Made by a program: the position numbers and the translations under genes. DNA of 63,786 nt, filler included, from Hyphochytrium catenoides (taxonomy: Eukaryota; Protista; Hyphochytriomycota), in assembly GCA_900088475.1 (NCBI GenBank). It is 6 parts of 6 records of this genome, joined end to end, with 100 filler letters (N's around TTAATTAATTAA, not from the genome) between each part and the next. Parts side by side here need not be neighbours in the genome. Positions count along the whole stretch, not along the records: positions 62,529 to 63,786 come from FLMG01003567.1; 5 more parts are not named here. One strand, written 5' to 3'. Shown piece after piece: positions 62,529 to 63,786 of the stretch (the stretch's first letter is position 1; each line of letters starts with the position of its first letter). The notes under the pieces are model-generated. The model saw only the letters and a program-made list of their open reading frames with translations, was not told the DNA's origin and ran no database searches.

Positions 62529-62959
62529 ATGATCTATGTAATCTGGCGCCTGCCTTAGTACAGAAGTACCAGTACGTCCTAGGTGCCAAAGTCTTCTAGA
62601 TAATGATGAGCAGCGCAGGCTGCTCGCACTGGTACTCCGGACGGAGCCGTGCGACGAGCCTCAAGCAAAGCCTACGGCCGTTATTATACCAGACACCAAG
62701 GGGTTGGACACTTCTTATCCAATCAAATCCATCATTAGTCCTACGAGGATAAGACCATCGTTCCTCCTTCTTCCATTCATGATTCCTTGATTTCGTAGGG
62801 GTGATAGTAGCCGAACTACGAGTGCCAACATGCCAGTCAACGTTGCAAGGATGATGACCCTCCTGCCCATGTGCCGATCATATCGTTTGTCGTACACCTT
62901 CTTTAGTAAGGGAGAAGCAACCCTCTTTTTGCGAAGAAGAAGGTCGCCTGGCTGGCTGC

Positions 62960-63786
62960 CTAGAAGATGCCGAGGTATCTGGCTTTTGGGATTCTTTTCT
63001 TCTGACGAGGTTGCAATTTTTGTCGACGTGATGATTGATACTCGTCGTCTATAAGAGCCAGTCTTCGACAATTCACCTCGAATGCGACAGAGAGATCGAA
63101 CTCGTCCTCGCGGAAGGTAAACCAGGAATGAACAGGGTGTCCGTCAGTGCCGATGCGCTTATTGAAAACGTGCATGACAACGCCACACAAAGTAACGCTA
63201 ATGCCAAACAAAGCTCCACATCCCACTCCATATAGGCTTCTCATGACAACAGCCATGGCCCACGCCAACAGGAATGAGCCAAAAGTGAAGATCAGGTAGA
63301 TTGTATTGGGATAGCTATGCCTCCTTAGTATGATACGCCATCTATCCGCATCCCGAGCACAAGCATTAAAGGCGTTTCTCAGAATGGAGCCCAACAAAAT
63401 GGCCGTAAAATAGCAGCTTATACTGAGTGTCATAACAACGCCATACACGAGAGCTTCAAAGCTATCTCCTACCAACGTCTCAGATGGAGGAGCTATCACC
63501 ATCTGAATAGCAGCAGCTACAAGCAGGCCTGATATCAGACTGATTGTGTCCAGATTTGAAGAGATTCTTGCTGCAACTTCGCTCGGACCATTTACCAGGG
63601 CAATGACCGCCCATCCATTGAGTTGCCCCTCTCCATCAAGACCTACTGCATCCCATATATCCTTGGCTACTAAGGACATTCCGTGCCAACGACCGTAGCT
63701 CTCGCCAGCAGCAGCAAACTTTTCATGCACACTGCAATCCGTCTTGAGGAGGTTAAAGGTGGTGAAGTCAGCCTCATCATTCTGCT
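62960..63786 (-). CDS. Four-TM membrane protein (PGG/Orai-like topology); the 5' end runs off the window
   Basis: NLDTISLISGLLVAAAIQMVIAPP, YGVVMTLSISCYFTAILLGSIL, IYLIFTFGSFLLAWAMAVV and GALFGISVTLCGVV. The frame is open to the window end. Confidence 0.6.
   Translation of the reverse strand, partial: QNDEADFTTFNLLKTDCSVHEKFAAAGESYGRWHGMSLVAKDIWDAVGLDGEGQLNGWAVIALVNGPSEVAARISSNLDTISLISGLLVAAAIQMVIAPPSETLVGDSFEALVYGVVMTLSISCYFTAILLGSILRNAFNACARDADRWRIILRRHSYPNTIYLIFTFGSFLLAWAMAVVMRSLYGVGCGALFGISVTLCGVVMHVFNKRIGTDGHPVHSWFTFREDEFDLSVAFEVNCRRLALIDDEYQSSRRQKLQPRQKKRIPKARYLGIF

Overview
Eukaryotic, probably protist DNA; a stramenopile-like source is my inference from the HSF, piggyBac, class C GPCR and TAPT-mucin styles. 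The window is not one locus. It is six contigs joined by artificial 100-nt N44-TTAATTAATTAA-N44 linkers: 1-20069, 20170-22688, 22789-44427, 44528-47016, 47117-62428 and 62529-63786. Contig 1 is intron-poor and lacks GA microsatellites. It carries a pogo/Fot1 remnant, a PstS-like-domain class C GPCR convergent with a 7TM-RGS gene, TAF13, a bHLH, an Api92/YubB ferredoxin-like gene, a multi-TM orphan, a pre-miRNA-like hairpin and an intron-containing piggyBac transposase. Many of these ORFs are broken by single-base frameshifts at homopolymers. The intron- and (GA)n-rich contigs carry an NDPK-like gene, tesmin/LIN54 CXC, HSF, an APP1-type phosphatidate phosphatase, a multi-repeat Myb, a TAPT mucin and a large inverted duplication flanking a coiled-coil gene. 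The other two contigs hold a Copia fragment cut by a PIF/Harbinger-type end and a 4-TM protein. The most notable items are the PstS-GPCR/7TM-RGS pair and a recurring E2F/CHR-like 24-nt promoter motif. All calls are from reading the sequence; no searches were run.
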